A DNA stretch of 64,000 nucleotides from Atractiella rhizophila. Taxonomy: Eukaryota. Below are positions 24,145-39,309 of this stretch, one piece after another. Position 1 is the first letter of the stretch. Every line of letters starts with the position of its first letter. Location of the stretch: contig MU271367.1 in assembly GCA_021432655.1 (NCBI GenBank), positions 1 through 64,000 of the forward strand, written 5' to 3'. The position numbers and the translations under genes were made by a program. The notes under the pieces were generated by a model. The model worked only from the letters and a program-made list of their open reading frames with translations. It was not told where the DNA came from and made no database searches.

Positions 24145-25088
24145 ATTCTATCATACTCCCTTCCTCAAGAACAACCTCTTCAAATCCACTCCTCACCACC
24201 AGGCAGATAAACTCTTCATACCCTCATTTCCAATTTCCTACCTCTAACTTTCTTCCACTCCAAAGACTCATCAAGGTTTGCACCATTGTTGTAGTAGCTG
24301 TGTTCACCACATCACTGCCTTCCCTTTCTCGTGGTCCAAGATGAGATCCAGAGTCTCACTGGATGTGTTTGATTCGGTTTCTTGCTCAGGAAAGGGGGTT
24401 GGAGCTGACAATGGGTCAGATGGTCAACATTTATTCAACAGTGTTTTCAAAAATTATTCTTCAACCTGCTCTTGCTACCATGTAGATCTGCTCATCCCTG
24501 GTGGTAAGCACCGAGGTCGCTGACTGTTCATACATACACCATACTGGACAACCTCCAACAAAAGTTCAAGTTGAAGCTGAAGCTTGGAGGGATGTGACTT
24601 ATATGACATGACGACCCACTTTTCTGCTTGGGATAATGATGAACAGAGAAGGTAGAAAAAAACCAGGAGCTCTCTGGCAAGGATTGACGCTGATGCTGAC
24701 ACAGTGCCAATTCTAACTTGAAAGCTACTGGTCAGGGCACAGTGAGCAAGTGGAGGAAGAACAGGGGCAATGTGAATACATTCAGAAACCTCTTTGGCTA
24801 GTGCTAGTAGAAGAAAATCTACAAACACAGCATGCACAACCCGGGCATGCATTCAAAAGTAGCACCTGGAAGGCTTGATCGATATCATCAAAGGAAATAG
24901 GAAGAGACGGCACTTTCACCACTAGCACCGACAGTTACAGCAAGGAGAGTCAGAACACGAGAAAAGAAGCAGTGGTATGTGTCATAAGTCCATGATACAG
25001 AGAAAAGAATTTGCCACCTGTACTCAGATATGCCATATCTCAGTTGACAATGCATTGAACGAAACAGCCGCGCCTGCGCAACTGCAAT

Positions 25089-27846
25089 CTATCCCGATCT
25101 ACCAGTCTTCTCCCAGTCCTGTATTACCTCATCCAACCGGACGGATAGGCGATTGTGAAAACTGGAGCTGTACGAGTATGCAGAAGACTGAGTGGGAGAG
25201 GCGATATTCGCGCTCTGGACTAAAGGGAGAGATTGGTGGTGCGTTGCAACACTAGGAGGAGGTACTGGTTGAAGGACAGATCCATGGCGACTAGGAGTGA
25301 CCTTGGCTCGAAAGAAATTATTCCTCTGAGGAGGACGGTCTATTGGCTCCGATGGAATCTGCGAAGGTAAGGCTCGGGAGATCTGCAAGCTATTGACTGA
25401 TGGCGCATAGGTATCCCCATTAGACCACGAAGTGCGAGAACCATTGGAGCTCTGGGAGGCTTGAGATTTAGAATGTTGTTCACCGCGGCCCGACTCTGTA
25501 GGGAGCCAAACTAGTCGCTGGTCCGACGACAAGTCTACGGGAGGAGGTTCGTCTAAGGCGGTGGCGTAATCAAAGTCGTAGATATGCTCTTCACTTGGGT
25601 TATATCGATCAGTTGCTCGATGAGATAGAGCGGAATTATTGCCACGTTCTTGACTGGTGCTGCGTTTAGGGATCTGTGGAAAATTACTGGGACGAGGGCC
25701 ACTGAGACTGAGAGAGATGGATCGTTGCCTTCCGTCCGGGTTCCCGTTGACATTCATCGAACTTCCAGACACGGGTGGCCTGGAGGATCTATTGGAATGG
25801 TTGGGTTCCAACCTCCTCGCTGGGACGCCGCTTCCGTTGGCATGATTCGCGTTGCCGGTTGCTCCCTGCCCCATCTGCAGCTTTCGCCTTCTACCTGCCA
25901 TCTCCTCCTCGTTGGTATCAGTGGGATGCCTCGATACGTCAAACGACCCATGACGAGGTTCAGACACGTTGGACTGGTCGAAGGCTGGTGGTTGGCTTTG
26001 GCGAGATTGATAAGTTGGCGCTCGAGAAGAAATTGAGTATGTATTTTGCGTGAAAGAGGTCGCGGTATTCGGGGGCGAGGAAGAAAATGGCGGATGACAG
26101 CTTCTGGGTGGAGAGACAGGAGAGCGGGACTGATTAGACAATTCCTGAGTTGGAATGCTGTATTTCACTTCGCCATCGTCCTCCATCACTGCACCTCCCG
26201 AGACAACTCGCAGGCCCTGGCGCTGTGATCTGTGAGCTGCCTGCCCAATTGGTGCAGCGGGTGACGTCGCAATATTGTCAGAGTATGTGCTTTCGGCATC
26301 GGGATGAGTCTGAAATCCTCTATGATTGTGCCGCTTGCTATAAGAAGAATTATTCGGGAGACCATTGTTGTGGTTGGAATTGTGGTCAAGTGATAAAAGG
26401 AATGGACCGGGAGCGAGATACAATCGTTGGACCTCGTTCATTCGCAGTTCTAGGCGATTACCTATATATCGTTCCAAATCTTCTTCCGTATAGGGCTCGT
26501 CTTCGTCCGCCATCTTGATAGCAGAACGTCTGCCCGTTATAAGTTCCCTCATTTCCTTCTTGGCTTCTTCGATTTGTTCCCTGAACGCTGCCCACCAGCG
26601 CTGATCTGCATCTTCGCCATCGTGATAAAGCATTAGCATGGAAGTCCACTCGTCCACAGTGCAAATGACGTTGGCTTCAACTTGACTAGGGAGTCGACGA
26701 CGAGGAACAGCTCGAGCTAGGAATCGTTAGAGTTCCGCCTAACCGGAGAGTTAAAAGACAAAGCCAGAGGGACTCTTACGTATACGATTTACCATGTCCA
26801 GAGTAATCAACGATGACGAAGGGGTTGTTCTGTAATAACTGATCGACCGCATCACCTTAACAGCCCAGCCACATTTCAGCTGGATGTGGAGTGATCAGAA
26901 GTTACATACGGATAACAGATCCTGTTGCAGCAGGCTGCGGCATCTCGGCCATCGTTCTCGCAAGGATTCTGACTGAGTCCACACACCGGAACTTGTTTGA
27001 AAGGCGAGTCGAAGGTTTCGTATGGCGTCGTAAATGTACCCTAGGCGTTTGTTTCGAGCGCTCCAAGTTTTTTTGATGCCTCTCTGAGATGCCTGGATAT
27101 TGAAAGCGATGCTCATGGCTACACGGCCAGTATCAGGACCTAGATCGTCCTCAAAAGAAGATCCAGATGGCTAGAGAGATCACTGACTACAGAGCCCAAA
27201 GGACAGACATAGTTTCTTGACAGCAGACAGCTTTTGTTTCTGGTAGCGCCGTTAGTAAGACGTTCTGGTTGACATGAAGGTTGTGAGGCACCGAATTCAC
27301 TTGCACATAAGCTCCATTCTGCACCGAATTCTCCAGCTAGAACGACAAAATGAATAACTCCATAGCCATACGAATAAAGAACTCACTTTATTCAGCGCCC
27401 GAACCAATTTTATATCATCAGCCACTTTGTTAGATGGGGCGTGAAGTCTGTTGCAAATGGCGTGTAGTGCTTTGTCAGTGGCTGCAACAATCTGGTGTGA
27501 CTGATCAAGATTTGACTCTACGAGGGAGATGGCGGAGTATATCTTGATTCCGCGGTCCAGCCACGCGTAAAGGGAATCTTCGAACAGATTTGTCGCTTCA
27601 CAGGCTTTAGTCCTGAAATCTTCATTGATGTTGTCACTCCTTTCTCAGCAACCATGAGTCGCAGTTACTTCATGTTGACGGAAGAGCGCACCTCTCACTC
27701 CAGTGCTGAAGTCCCATCAGATTGGAGTATAAAGATTCAAAGGGCTTTTCATGATCGAACACTGATACGGCTTCCGCTTCTCTGAGAGCTGCAATGACGC
27801 TGTTCTCTGCATCTGTGCTACATCTCGGTGGTCGATTTCCGGACAT
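25089..27846 (-). CDS. Hypothetical protein: helical multi-exon N-terminus plus long S/P/N-rich disordered C-terminus
   Basis: 522-codon terminal ORF 25089-26657; upstream exons from ATG 27846 (MSGNRPPRCSTDAENSVIAALREAE…EDFRTKACEATNLFEDSLYAWLDRG…) with GT-AG introns; possible frameshift at the T-run near 27068-27074. No family recognised. Confidence 0.6.
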
Positions 27847-28188
27847 GGTGCTACTTCCGTGTTAGCAATGCACGGATGAGTTAAAGAGCAGGATTGGCAT
27901 GAAGTACGCTTGAGCTCTGCGTCAGCCTTTATTGATTTCGGAAGACTGCGGTGTTCCAGTGGCAATAAAGAGGACAAGTGTTGCTCTTATGATTTGTTTG
28001 CACGGTGTGCCATAATTATAACTCCACATTGTAAAACGTTGTATTGATACCATGAAAGGGAACATTGGAATTTGGATGAGCCAGATTAGGTTAGCTGCTG
28101 TTCACTCCAAAATAAGGTTTGCTGCTGAACTTATAACACACAAATTGGGAGTTGAGGCCATCAGACTTCCACACTTCGTTTACTTGCC

Positions 28189-30064
28189 ATGACCTCAGTA
28201 TTTTCGCCACGGCTGGTTGCGAAACATGTCGAACTACTCAAATCGATTGAAAACATATTCTTTGAGTTGGTTGAAACACTTGACAATGTTGATTCTGGCT
28301 TACACAGCGTGTTTTGTGTCTCTCTGGGGTCAACTGCTCAACTCATGTTCGACTTGCGCTATCTTTTACTTCTGCTCTCTCAATGTTTCGGATGGTGTTT
28401 TATGGACGCCGACAAATTGACCGACTCTTTAGCAAACCTCGCCCCTGCAGAATGGAACAAGGACACTTCCGATGAATGGACTATAGTGACGCGTATTCGT
28501 TTTACGAATATTAAATCACAACTTGCTCTTTGTGACCTTATCCTACAAAAGTTGAACGAAGTCGGGAGTGCCATCAAGATGACCTGTTCTGATGAATCTG
28601 AGAAGCGTCGACTCCAAAGAGTACGCAACGCATTCTTCTATCGACGTATGGATTCTCGTTTTCGTAGGATCGGTGCGTTTTATATACAGCTACGTTACAT
28701 AGGAAACTGAAGAGACTAGGAGGAGGGATAGAACAGCTCTTTCGAATTTTCAAGCAACTTCAATCGTTATTTGCTTCTTGCTATGTATTCTGGTCGACGG
28801 TTCAGACGAATTTTCACCACATTGGGTCAAACATCGTGCAGCTCACTCAGACACAGCTTGACGCATTTTTCAGACAACTGGGCAGACTGTCAGCAGAGTT
28901 ATGAGAGGCTAAGTGAGTACAGGTTCCCTGGCGCAGTTTCTCAGTTCCGAAGAGACGTATTCCAGCCTATTCCAGTATTTCGTCGTAAGTAGATTGCTTC
29001 TGTGGCGAACAGTTGGCTTACGGTCTACAGTGCCGCAGAACGAGGTAAGACCCAAGTGTACTCATAAGCTCTTTTCAACGAGAGGTTAGATCACACCGCT
29101 AAGACTTACACTTGTTTGCGAAGAACCGGATGATGTTCATGAGCTAGGAGAGATCATGCCGACCTTGCTCTACCTCCTCGACTCCATTCTTCAAGCACTC
29201 GAGTGGTTCAATGACCAAATGCAGAAGCGCTGGGAGACGCTACCGTCTGAGCTGCATTTGATCCTTCACGGCATGCGATATTCATTCCTCACAGCTCTCT
29301 CTCCGTTTACAGGCACTTCCGTCAGAAATGGGCCATTTTTTTAACTGAATTGATTCAACAAGATGGAATCAATCGCTCTGGTTTTGTCCGAAGTACCGAC
29401 AGCTTCGCAGGCGATATGGAGTCTCTTCGACAAGTTCTTATTTGGGCCGAGTCCATCTGGTTCGAGGGGATGCGATATTTGACAAATGGGCCTTTTACGG
29501 GACTCTGCTTCCTCGTCATCTATCGACAGCTCGTCGTCAATCAGTGCATCCATGTTACCTCCTCGTGTCAAACTCTTACGGTGGTGGCAGCAGAAGCGTC
29601 TTACAAAAGGTGATTTTTTCTTCGTCATAACTTTCCCTAACCACGGCTATTAGTTGGTTTGCAGCTTACCACGCAATCTGCCTTTCCACTAAAACTCGTA
29701 TGCGATAATGACTGGCCGACGAGGCGACACCTGCCACAAACATCCTTTGAGGCATGTCATTGACGCCGTCATCAAGGATCTGGACAAAGCTTTCATTCTT
29801 GTCCGACGATACCTGAGCCGCGAAGTGAGGCTATGGTATATATTCAACACTGATTTTCTCGAACCTACCATTGGCAGCCAGAACTACCTTTCAGACGAAG
29901 AGCTCAACACAATGTTTAAGATCAGACTCGCGACCGTATCTAAAGCTACGGAAGATCTGTCTAGGTTCATTGATGATTTCGAGCAAGTGGTAGAGCCAGC
30001 GTATCCCGACACCGTCATGGTCCATAACTATGAAAGGCGAGCTCGCTCAACTGGTCTCCGCTGA
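28189..30064 (+). pseudogene. Orphan multi-exon helical protein gene, probably recently inactivated
   Basis: Consecutive + strand ORFs joinable by GT-AG introns; an in-frame TGA at 28902 in the reconstructed second exon and an apparent frameshift near 29690-29750; paralog fragment at 18907. Confidence 0.55.
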
Positions 30065-31540
30065 TCAGAACCGATTATACTCGAAGTCACTCACATTCGT
30101 TCAGTTTTATAATGAAAGGTTTCCACAGTCGTAGCCATTCAGTTTCATGATTTTAAAGCTTCTCTGGATTAATTAGCATTCAAGTTTTCAGTTCCCACAA
30201 TTTGTGGATGCGGATTTATCACAATTGGAAGTAGAGCAGAGTTATCTTATTTTTTTAAGCGTCATTTCGAGATTTGCAGGCAATCCTTTGTATTCAGTTT
30301 CCACAATCATCGCCCTCAACACATACTTCTGTGCTCGTCTCTGTTATTTCTCATACTAGTCAACGAAAGAGCAAGAATGTACTGAGTCTGGTTCTTTTAA
30401 AATGTCCACATTCAGCAAAATGGAAATGCCGTTCGCGGAGGGCAGCTCGCCTTGAGCGCTCTACCACGGTGCGGGCGAGCAGGAAGGATAAGGGTAGTGA
30501 CAAAGAACGGCCGGGTGTGTTGGATTTTGATTCATTGGTAGCTGCGCTTGTCATTATAAATCTCTGGATACCGAAGAGCACAGAGCGTCTTGAGTGCATA
30601 CAATAACTATTGTGGGGTCGATGCGGAAAAGATGAATATGCTGGTGTGACTCTGACACCAATGAGGTCCCAATCTTGGGAACAAAATCACAACAGATTAC
30701 CGGGGCTTGCTGCTAAGTTCAGAAATAATATTTAGTTTGGGACCAATATGAACGTCGAATTCCCTTCAAAGACTTGGCGTTGGAGCGCCGGGGCTTTGAG
30801 AGGGACCCACTCAGGGCTTCTATCGACGCAAAACCGTTTTCATACGGCAATCAGTAATTGACCATCTCAAGGCTCCTGTTTACGAGACTGTGGAATGAAT
30901 GCGGGATGGTGTCAGCTGATGCAGTGAATTTCAATCGAATATTTTGCAGGTCTTTACTCCGACTTCGGTGTTGGTTTCTGGCCCTGAACATTGTTTTTCT
31001 CAGCGCGGAATGAGGGACAGAGAAGAGAGAAGGGCACCGTGATCATTCGGTAGAGGCCGACGCCAGTGAAAAAGGTTGAGACGGTCATGGTGAACCAAAC
31101 ACCACCTGTTCTCGTCTTACCACTACAACCCTCGTAAAACGAAGAAGAAAGACATACGCATAATGTACTTGTCATATGGCATCCTCAAGTACATAGGCTG
31201 CGTCCCAGCCTGTTGAAATATACTCATCACTTTCCACTCTAACAACGTCGGGGACACCAACCTGAATGGCTCGCTGTTTCGCGATGACGTTGTTGGGGAC
31301 TGCACCCTGCCATCAGAACCAGCACACGTTAGGTAAGAAATAGATGCTTACGATACAGGAATCTAGACATGTTTTGGCAAGGAAAGCAGTTCGAAGTTTG
31401 TTGGAGTGTGACAAAATCCGATGAGCTTCCGTTGATGCGCGGTGATGAAGGCGAGTCACAGCCAACCCGTGCATCAATCAGCAACAGAAGGAAACAACGA
31501 CGAAGCAAACCTCAGAACGAGAAGTGAGATCTAGTGAGAG

Positions 31541-34756
<3,216 letters not shown>

Positions 34757-35340
34757 TGGCTGTAGTGTTCCTGTTGCGACGGAAGGGATTCCCATCATTT
34801 TTGCTTATTATTCACTTACGCTGGAACTTGTATCTCATGATTGATGACTGATAACCCAGACTGAGCCTGAATGTACCTTAGAGACTCGGGTGTAGTAATT
34901 CTATTCCCCAGTTGTTAACTAGATATAGCGGATGCGACCTCACTTTTTTTGCTCAGTCGGCCAGGAACCTAAGTTTTATTGATGTAGTTTCGGTTCCGCA
35001 CTATGGGCAGTAGCTGATTCCGACCGCTTCCCGGCACCGATTGAAGAACCTCGAACATTTCTAACTTAGGGGTAGGGTCGGTCCTTGTCTCAACAAAACA
35101 AACAAGTCAGGGAAAAAGATCTCGCGGTCCCGCGTCCCGTATTATGGTCCACGGACCCGTTTTACAAAGTCGATTGTTGATGTTTGCGCTTCATTCAATG
35201 CCAAGAAGGAAATGGCACCAACCATAATTTGATTTCAGGTTGCACGTGAATTGAACGTGAAAGCCCCAACAATCTTGCATCGAGTTGACGAACCACCATC
35301 TCCCCTCAAGCAGTTATCTCAAAAGCGTTTAAAACTGGCT

Positions 35341-36912
35341 ATGGACTCCCAACCCCGAGCAGGACCTTCCAGCCTGGCCAGCCTCTTGAATCCCGTCCCA
35401 GCTCCCCCAGACCTCGACCCTGCAGACCCGAGCACATTCGGGTCGATTGATTCTGAATCTGAGGATGTGCGAATAGCTGTTTCCGCGTTGGATCACATGC
35501 GCAACGCGCATAGGTACAGGGACGAGTCGGGGAGTTTGGAGAGTTCGACTGTTGCGAGCACGAGCGGGAATACGTTGGAGGAGGATGATCGATTCAGCGA
35601 GGGAACGGGGATCACCGTGCCGTATTCAGACCGTGGGAAGGAGGATGTGAGGTTCTTGGAGAGGGTGGGGAAAATGTCGGTCGTGTCGGGGGCGTTGAGG
35701 GCTTATGAGGTTGGGAAGAATAGCAATCGAGTCGTCAAAGTGGGTTTCCCTGCCGTGTGTGTTTGGGATAAGGATTGATTGTGGATCTGGATAGTATGGT
35801 GCGGGACTCGTAGAAACGAGCGTGAAGACGATCTATGGACCTGTGCTCAATCGCGCTGGGCAATATGTTGGCTCGAACAACCTGAACCGTGTGGAGGAAT
35901 TCGCGAATCGTCAACTCGACCGTTTTACATCTTCTCCCGCCACTCGTCGCGATAGTCTGAAGGAGGATTTCAGCGAATCTGAGAGCGATGCGATGGACGT
36001 CCGTGGCGACGGACGTATACGACGACGCACAAGTCGGAGCGTGAGCAGGAGTAGCGTGTCTTCTAATGCCGGGAGCGCGACAGAGAAGGAAGGCGAAGTA
36101 GTTGTTGCAGTGGGGAATAAGGAGGCTCAGACTAGCAGGAGAGGGTGGCAGGGCATGCTTGTCGAGGCTGGTATGACTGCTGGAGGCATTGGAGCTGCCG
36201 TGAGCGAGGAGTCGCTCAAGAGCCTCAAATATTGTCTGCATTGGCTCCAGGTACGCATAATTTTCATTTGCTGCTGCTCGCATCAATTCTAACAACTACA
36301 TTTTCGCAGTACGCTTCTGCACGACTCGAACACCAACTCGCAGTCCTTCAAAACTTCATCTCTTCCCTTTCTGCACCAGCACCCTCCGACGCCCTCATCT
36401 CTCCTTCTGCTGTCCACACCCTTACCCAGATCCGCCGAGATGTGGTTGACACCATTCGAAAAGTCGTGGATGTAGTCGCCAAATACTCAGGTGCCGCTCT
36501 GCCTGAACATGCCCGTCGCTTCGTCAAGCAATCCATAATGTCTCTCCCTGGCAAATGGGCAAATACGATTCGGTCGCACGACTCCATGTCCCAAGATGGG
36601 TCGGTTCCCTCTTCTCCTGCTCCTATCAACTTGTCCGCTGCCCCTGGAACCCTTGCCGCTGGAGATGGAATGACGAAGGAAAACGCGGAGGCAGCGGCTG
36701 ATAGGGTTTTGAATTTCACGGTGGAGAGTTTGGAGATGGTGAAGGGGATCAATAGAGTATTTGCAGAGAGCGTGGAGAGAGCCGAGCTTTGGGTGGACAG
36801 GTTGGAGAGTGTTGGGTTGGCCCAGCGACAGAGGAACGCCGAGCCGACAATGAGTGGAGAAGGCGAGAACAAACAAATTGACGGCGGAGTCTCGATGGAG
36901 GTCGACCATTGA
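35341..36912 (+). CDS. OPI1: Opi1-family transcriptional repressor
   Basis: EDVRIAVSALDHMR, ALRAYEVGKNSNRVVKYGAGLVE, EEFANRQLDR, SEESLKSLKYCLHWLQYA, RRDVVDTIRKVVDVVAKYSGAALPEHAR..IMSLP. Confidence 0.9.
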
Positions 36913-37393
36913 TTTGAATTCTTGAACAATTACTTTCCCATGCCCGTGATTTTGACACCGTTTTAGTTGCCTTCGCAAGACTTTCACTAGCTAGTTTATC
37001 CTTTTTCCGTAGCGAGCTGCTGCCAGTCCTTGAACCAACTGCTTCGTGCTCTGATTCGTGTGTTGTTGCTACAGCTTCGTAAACCGCTCCTTGCTTCTTC
37101 TCTCTGCTGTCAGGTCTAGTCCACCCGTTGAAAAATTACAAAGGAAGCCGTTAATGACTGTTAATGGACAAAGGAATCTTCTGCCTTCGAAACGGATTCC
37201 AAATCTTCGTTCGGATTAAGATTCGTTAACGTCTGATCGGAGCCTTTTATTGGCGCTTATTCGCGATTTCAAAATCAGATCGGCACCTCGCAGCAGCGTC
37301 CAAAAGCTTCTAAACCACCGACCCCTGGTTTCTTCCTTGCCACTCCCTCCAGCATTCTCCCACTAGAGCCTCAGCTCAGCACCATACGCCAGC

Positions 37394-38165
37394 ATGACAA
37401 AACTCAAGCATTCCAGCAGCTCTAGTTTGATGAAGAAGCTCAAGTGAGTTCTAGTCGCGGCAATCGTCACGAGTGCTGACCTCTGTTCCCGCGATAGGAG
37501 ATGGAGATCCAAGGACGCTCTTCGTGATGACGATGAGGGTACGCTTTTCATCTGTAGTGTCTCGGATATGGTGTTGATTGGACGCGAAAGATGACTGGGG
37601 ATGTTGTGGCAATGCTGACTGGAATCCGCAAGAACTCCCGGCCGTCGAGGAGGTTCGTCCGTTCCTTATTCTTTACAAGGGTTGACGCGCTCAATGTGCC
37701 TCTAATCAGTCACGAGTACATTCTCGACAGCCGTCCACACAGCTTCAGACCTCCACACCGTCATCTCCCACCCAATCTCAAAGCCGACTTTCCCAGCTCG
37801 CGTTAGAACAGGAACTGGGAGAGGTGGCGCTCATGTCCTACCTCCGGTCTGAAGCTTCTTCTCGACGCGCCTCCCAACGCACCAGCACAAGCGGGTCGTC
37901 GACCTCTCACATACCCCTTCCTGCTTCGCCCGTAGAGAAAAGCCTCCCGCCGCTCCCTGGACCTCCCTCTCCCATCCCTGAGGACGATGTTTCTGGCCCA
38001 GGGATCAAAGGACGACAGAGGAGCAAGAGCTTGATGTACACCAGTGGGAAGAGGCCGTCGAGGAGCGCCACCGTCAGTGCAGCAGATGAGATTAGAGTTC
38101 GACATGTCGGGGGTTTGTCGGGAGACCGTAGCAGCCGAGAGGCAAGGAAGTACGAGTTCATCTGA
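37394..38165 (+). CDS. Small S/P/R-rich hypothetical protein (multi-exon)
   Basis: ATG 37394 exon followed by GTGAGT donor; short exons (RWRSKDALRDDDE); terminal ORF to 38165 containing an EKSLPPLP motif. Confidence 0.5.
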
Positions 38166-39309
38166 GCAGAAGAGAAGGAGGAGAGTTAGAAGATATCTGG
38201 GAGGAGGAAGACATAAATACTTAGACTATTTACGGACGTTCACCAACTATTCCTCGAATCCATCCCACCTATCCGTCTGTCCATTCGCAAACCTACATCC
38301 ATCCGCCATCAGCCCAACCAATTCCACCCGTTTTGTCAGTCAGCCATCCGTTCAACTATGTGCATATCTATTTCGCCGCATGTCTCAGAACTCGTTTCAA
38401 ACCCCAGCCTCTATCATCCTACCAGCCATCGACGACAGACGGAATATCGACCTGCAGTTTTACTGTTTATGATTCTCCTCTATCGCGCTATCCCCATGTT
38501 TTTGACTGTAAATCTTAGCGTTGGATTCGACGACTTGTTCTATTCGTTCTCACACTCCTTACGGTCTTTTTATTGCGCCTGGAAAAATGTGTCTCGGTTA
38601 GAGAACGTCTTCACAAAACTACGTCAGGGTCATTCCTTTATTCTCAGGATTCGATCTTTCGTTTTCTGCCACTGTTTGCTTTTTCGACACCTTCCTTTTC
38701 TTCAGAACCCGTCCAGTTGTTCTGAAAATGAGTGTCTTAGCTCTCCAGATTATCAGTGTCGGAATTTGTCTTTTTATCTGCCATTTTTCATCCTTCTGTC
38801 TTCTTGGTGGTTGCGTACCCCAGCTAAAAAATGGAATCAGCAGTCCTGGAATGTATTTCTATCTTTCGCCCAACGATCACAGGTCACCAGTACCTCGCGC
38901 ACACCGCTGCACCATTGTTGAAGTGGAAAGAGCATCATATATGACGATAGCATTGATCACGAAGGAGAACGACTGATGGGATGGAGGGAATAAAGAACGG
39001 AGGACTTTGAAAAATACAAGCCTGACGAGAGGTCCCCAAAAGAGAGCATCGATCAATCAAACGTTGGGAGAGAGCACAGAATACAAATACTGAAAGGTCG
39101 AGAAGGGATTGATGTGTTTCGAGATAAAAAGTGTTGAAGAGTCTCCATCTTTGAGATCAGAAATAAAAATTTGAGGGTGTTTCCAAAAAGCGAATACCGA
39201 TAGCACCGAGATCAGGGAAGGAATAAAATGCGAATAGAGGATATCAAGGGAGCAATCACTTTCTTGAAGGAAAACAACTCCCCACGGAACGAAACGAAAA
39301 AAGAACATC

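Noticed and set aside
19284..24910. Candidate TIR pair GGCATCACTTCCTATTT (~19284) and AAATAGGAAGAGACGGC (~24895)
   Set aside because: Only 14/17 match, does not extend, and no target-site duplication flanks it; could be chance.
30100..31500. Possible ncRNA or tRNA in long intergenic stretches (also 34800-35250 and 1200-1450)
   Set aside because: No tRNA T-loop/cloverleaf, snRNA or convincing snoRNA box pattern recognised by eye; an Infernal/tRNAscan run would be needed to exclude them.
38255..38360. Degenerate (ATCC)n-like tract and the overlapping ORF 38358-38921
   Set aside because: Decayed microsatellite in a convergent intergenic region; the ORF has no motif or splice support.
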